IMG/VR virus record: IMGVR_UViG_3300036799_000070 | Coordinates: 1-43,588 of that record | DNA: 43,588 nt | Direction: 5' to 3' (one strand) | Source: a virus | Shown here: positions 41,153 through 43,588 of the stretch, piece by piece | Numbering within the stretch: position 1 is the first letter of the stretch | Layout of the letters: every line of letters starts with the position of its first letter | The notes under the pieces: model-generated | Told to the model about the DNA's origin: nothing | Seen by the model: the letters and a program-made list of their open reading frames with translations, nothing else | Database searches by the model: none | Translations under genes and position numbers: made by a program

Positions 41153-41186
41153 GCCATGAGACACTTAATCATCGAGAGAGGGAGAC
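41153..41186 (+). repeat. 34-bp conserved leader element, copy 2
   Basis: Identical to 40829-40862. Confidence 0.9.
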
Positions 41187-41374
41187 AGGACATGATCTTC
41201 GACATTACCTTTAACTACGATCCGCGCTTTCAAGAGCACTCGTTCAAGGCACACAGCGCGCGCGGCGATGCCTTCCTGTGTCGGGAATTCGAGGGATTAG
41301 GCGACGTGTCGGTAGTCAAGATGATCGAGATTGCCGACAAGGCTCGCATGGCCGGATTGACCGTTCGCGAGTGA
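41156..41374 (+). CDS. hypothetical early protein
   Basis: 72 aa from the ATG inside the leader element (MRHLIIERGRQDMIFD...), or 60 aa from ATG 41192, 5 nt after GGGAGAC. Confidence 0.55.
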   Translation: MRHLIIERGRQDMIFDITFNYDPRFQEHSFKAHSARGDAFLCREFEGLGDVSVVKMIEIADKARMAGLTVRE

Positions 41375-41387
41375 AGCTTTGCGGTTA

Positions 41388-41406
41388 GCCTCCCAGTCGG
41401 GGAGGC
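41388..41406 (+). other. stem-loop downstream of the early gene
   Basis: GCCTCCC-AGTCG-GGGAGGC: 7-bp stem, no T-run. Begins 14 nt after the stop at 41374. Confidence 0.35.
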
Positions 41407-41443
41407 ACTCCGCAGCGCTTCGCTGCTCAACAAGGGGGCTACG

Positions 41444-41758
41444 ATGAACTGGAAAGCTTTGAGGGATGAACTTGCCGCGTCGTCTTATCTGGACCCGGAG
41501 GACGACTTGACCACGCAGCGCGGGATCGTGGCGACGGCGCTAGCCATTGTCGAGCGCATGAGTGGCGAGCTGCGTGAGGTATCATGGCGCCCGGTAAGGC
41601 TACTGGAAAAAACTGCAGCAAAGCCTTTGTCGCTGGACGATAGGAAGGGTGCCGACAAACCTGGGAACGCGCCAGTGCGCTCTACACCGATGCCACGCAA
41701 GCCTGCTCCCGGCGGCATTGCCGTGCAACCGATCGATGCGTTTGCAATAGAAGGATGA
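41444..41758 (+). CDS. hypothetical early protein
   Basis: 104-aa ORF with AAGGGGG upstream. Its stop overlaps the next start (ATGA). Confidence 0.6.
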   Translation: MNWKALRDELAASSYLDPEDDLTTQRGIVATALAIVERMSGELREVSWRPVRLLEKTAAKPLSLDDRKGADKPGNAPVRSTPMPRKPAPGGIAVQPIDAFAIEG

Positions 41759-42411
41759 ACGATGAAACCGCGCTTGCCAGCCCGGTTCGAAAGTCAAGAT
41801 CAGAGTGGCATGAGGAGGAGACAATGGACTACAATACAAAAGGAAAGCACATACTCGGCAATGCGTGGGTGTGTGGCAATGCGATGGTGTACGGCGATGC
41901 GCAGGTGTCTGACAATGCGCTGGTGTGCGGCAATGTGCAGGTGTACGGCGATGCGCAGGTGTACGGCGATGCGCAGGTGTTTAACAATGCGCTGGTGTCC
42001 GGCAATGCGCTGGTGCGCGGCAATGCGCGGGTGTCCGGCGATGCGCGGGTGTACGGCAATGCGCAGGTGTCTGACAATGCGTGGGTGTGTGGCAATGCGA
42101 TGGTGTACGGCGATGCGCAGGTGTCTGACAATGCGTGGGTGTGTGGCAATGCGATGGTGTACGGCGATGCGCAGGTGTCTGACAATGCGCGGGTGTACGG
42201 GATCATGAGATCGGATGGATACTGCTTCATTTACGTCCCTTGCGCAGACGGTAAGTGGAGGGTCATTTCCGGTTGTCGATACTTTACAATGGACGAAGCT
42301 CGTACGCATTGGAGCGATCCGAACTATCGGGATGCAAATCTCGCAGCCGAGACACTTGTCATTCTCGATTGCTTGGAGAAACTTAAAACTGTGAAACCAG
42401 ACGGAGTATGA
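41755..42411 (+). CDS. hexapeptide-repeat (left-handed beta-helix type) protein with Cys-containing C-terminal domain
   Basis: 218 aa. Nineteen consecutive 6-aa units of form G-[ND]-A-x-V-x. The C-terminal domain reads RSDGYCFIYVPCADGKWRVISGCRYFTMDEARTHWS. Confidence 0.75.
   Translation: MNDETALASPVRKSRSEWHEEETMDYNTKGKHILGNAWVCGNAMVYGDAQVSDNALVCGNVQVYGDAQVYGDAQVFNNALVSGNALVRGNARVSGDARVYGNAQVSDNAWVCGNAMVYGDAQVSDNAWVCGNAMVYGDAQVSDNARVYGIMRSDGYCFIYVPCADGKWRVISGCRYFTMDEARTHWSDPNYRDANLAAETLVILDCLEKLKTVKPDGV
41857..42198 (+). repeat. 18-nt tandem repeat x19, including a perfect 54-nt tandem duplication
   Basis: Units of the form ggcaatgcgNNggtgtNN counted from 41857 to 42198. The blocks 42073-42126 and 42127-42180 are identical. 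41857-41910 differs from them at one base. Confidence 0.9.
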
Positions 42412-42415
42412 CACG

Positions 42416-42601
42416 ATGAAACCGACCAGGGACCAATTCGAAGCAGAGCTTGCCAAGGTGATCCAGCAGCGCTTGCACGATCACTATGGGGCAGTCTACA
42501 AGATACAGGAGACAACCGAAAATGTTTTTCTCCTGTGCCTAGCCGTCGTGAGCCTCACGGCTTTCGCGTGCGCCGCCTTCCTTTGGGCGTTATTGCCATA
42601 G
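42416..42601 (+). CDS. small tail-anchored membrane protein
   Basis: 61 aa. C-terminal hydrophobic segment VFLLCLAVVSLTAFACAAFLWALLP. Confidence 0.55.
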   Translation: MKPTRDQFEAELAKVIQQRLHDHYGAVYKIQETTENVFLLCLAVVSLTAFACAAFLWALLP

Positions 42602-42604
42602 ATC

Positions 42605-42823
42605 ATGGAGGGGATGATGACTAAGCTGTCGGAAGTAAGAGAAGGAGATACGCTTATCGCAGATGCTGGTTTTGAATGCATCAAGGCAGGTGAGCACGTG
42701 GTTAGGAAAGGTCCGAACGGGCTGTGCATTCGATGCTTATTTGGTAATCACTACCTCGAAGGACAAGAAGACAGCCCTGGAGAAGACCTTGTAGGGCTGA
42801 TATTGAAATATCGGAGGGGATGA
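42605..42823 (+). CDS. hypothetical small early protein
   Basis: 72 aa, or 69 aa from ATG 42614, which follows GGAGGGG as at the next two junctions. Contains 3 Cys. Confidence 0.55.
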   Translation: MEGMMTKLSEVREGDTLIADAGFECIKAGEHVVRKGPNGLCIRCLFGNHYLEGQEDSPGEDLVGLILKYRRG

Positions 42824-42999
42824 TGATTGATCGAGTGGATGGTGAGTTGGTATTTCATTGCGACGAATGCCAAGAATTCTTTGAGAGCAATGAGGGCGAG
42901 TTCAGCGTGGCATGGGGAAACGCCAAGCGTGACGGATGGACTGTTCGCAAAATAGGAAACGATTGGCACCATACATGCCAAGAGTGTGGGAGGGGATGA
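42820..42999 (+). CDS. 59-aa zinc-ribbon-like protein (not in ORF track)
   Basis: ATGA overlap with the upstream stop. Product MMIDRVDGELVFHCDECQEFF...DWHHTCQECGRG has two CxxC pairs. Confidence 0.55.
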   Translation: MMIDRVDGELVFHCDECQEFFESNEGEFSVAWGNAKRDGWTVRKIGNDWHHTCQECGRG

Positions 43000-43202
43000 T
43001 GAAACTTAAGAAAGGCGCGCGTATTGGGAAGATAAAACCTTCACGCCAATTAGAAAGATCAGACTGTGACCTTCGCCCAAACGATAAGAGCCTACCGCCA
43101 GTCGGCAGGCTTGACACAAGCAGAATTTGCAGCCAAGCTGACAGTCTCGTCACAGACTGTGAACAACTGGGAAACGGGGAGGGTCGAGCCGTGGCCACGT
43201 AA
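42996..43202 (+). CDS. candidate 68-aa ORF overlapping the XRE gene (uncertain)
   Basis: Starts with the same GGAGGGGATGATGA junction cassette as the two preceding genes (MMKLKKGARIGKIK...). After about 23 codons it overlaps the better-supported HTH frame. Confidence 0.3.
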   Translation: MMKLKKGARIGKIKPSRQLERSDCDLRPNDKSLPPVGRLDTSRICSQADSLVTDCEQLGNGEGRAVAT

Positions 43203-43395
43203 AAAAGCCGCACTGCTCGACCAGCTTGGTCCTCCGGCAGGCGCAGTGCCACCACCTTACCAACGCAAGAGGTATCCCAATGTGTGTGAGGAAATTACCA
43301 GTGAAGGTCCGGAGGACGCTGGCCGCCAAGAAAGCATGGCGCGTCCGCAAGCAATCGACTTCAGGCGACCACCACCCCACAACGCAAGAGGCTAG
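43066..43395 (+). CDS. XRE-family helix-turn-helix protein
   Basis: GTG start. TFAQTIRAYRQSAGLTQAEFAAKLTVSSQTVNNWETGRVEP is a canonical XRE HTH. The P-rich C-terminal ~60 aa are of doubtful reality. Confidence 0.7.
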   Translation: MTFAQTIRAYRQSAGLTQAEFAAKLTVSSQTVNNWETGRVEPWPRKKAALLDQLGPPAGAVPPPYQRKRYPNVCEEITSEGPEDAGRQESMARPQAIDFRRPPPHNARG

Positions 43396-43397
43396 CC

Positions 43398-43556
43398 ATG
43401 TGGATGATCGTATGGGTCCAACTGATGACAGGAATGACGGGGCACGGGGTTTGCACGATGGACAAAGCAGAGGCGGAGTATTACGCCCAAGCCGGTAATG
43501 CGCACTACGAAGGCATATACTGGCACTGGGTCGAGCCGTGTGGTGAAGACATATGA
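43398..43556 (+). CDS. 52-aa hypothetical protein (not in ORF track)
   Basis: ATG 43398 lies 2 nt after the XRE stop. Product MWMIVWVQLMTGMTGHGVCTMDKAEAEYYAQAGNAHYEGIYWHWVEPCGEDI. The stop overlaps the polymerase ATG (ATGA). Third-position G+C is high by hand count. Its 3-prime end also appears at 1-95. Confidence 0.5.
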   Translation: MWMIVWVQLMTGMTGHGVCTMDKAEAEYYAQAGNAHYEGIYWHWVEPCGEDI

Positions 43557-43588
43557 ACATCCTCACACTGGACTTCGAGTCGTTTTTT
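43462..43588. repeat. terminal direct repeat, copy 2
   Basis: Identical to 1-127. Includes a duplicate of the polymerase start codon at 43553. Confidence 0.95.

Noticed and set aside
41762-42456. Three additional ORFs (148, 218 and 133 aa) in other frames and on the other strand over the hexapeptide-repeat gene
   Set aside because: All are consequences of the 18-nt tandem repeat lacking stops in those frames (products like MRWCTAMRRC... and HPRIVRHLRIAV...). Only the G-[ND]-A-x-V-x frame is ATGA-coupled to its neighbour and continues into a non-repetitive domain.

Overview
This window is a complete tailed-phage genome with podovirus-like gene order. The first 127 nt recur exactly at 43462-43588, an overlap of the kind assemblers leave on circular contigs, so about 43,461 bp are unique.

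Genome layout:
- A plus-strand early and replication arm runs from 40131 across the junction to 10135. It encodes small early proteins, an XRE HTH protein, a family A DNA polymerase, a Cas4-like PD-(D/E)XK nuclease, a VRR-NUC protein, an SNF2 helicase, a Gam-like protein, a 4-Cys protein with a (PQ)17 tract, and a primase-polymerase/helicase fusion.
- A minus-strand late arm runs from 38918 down to 10124. In transcription order it encodes KTSC and DUF6496-like small proteins, large terminase, portal, a three-gene fibre/depolymerase island, scaffold, major capsid protein, tail adaptor and nozzle, a fibre, a GNAT-like protein, three very low-complexity putative internal virion proteins, a lysis-like cluster of small membrane and secreted proteins, and a divergent PurD-like ATP-grasp enzyme.
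- The arms are separated by an AT-rich, ORF-poor, dyad-rich region of about 600 bp (39530-40130) and by a solitary plus-strand gene with an intrinsic terminator.
- Gene junctions are overwhelmingly ATGA or TGATG stop-start overlaps.
- I saw no integrase, RNA polymerase, tRNA, CRISPR array, reverse transcriptase or recognisable endolysin.

Most notable observations:
1. A HiPIP-like 4-Cys motif forms the N-terminus of the portal ORF, and a second 4-Cys mini-ORF sits just upstream of terminase.
2. An untracked 58-codon ORF duplicates the signal peptide and first ~37 mature residues of the S74 fibre and overlaps that gene's start out of frame.
3. Six fibre-associated or small proteins carry Sec-type signal peptides.
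4. A GNAT-like gene and a PurD-like ATP-grasp gene sit at opposite ends of the putative internal-virion-protein and lysis-like genes.
5. An early protein is built from 19 tandem 18-nt (hexapeptide) units.
6. Early genes carry repeated leader and junction cassettes and several long out-of-frame overlaps.

All functional calls come from motif recognition by eye. No database search was possible.
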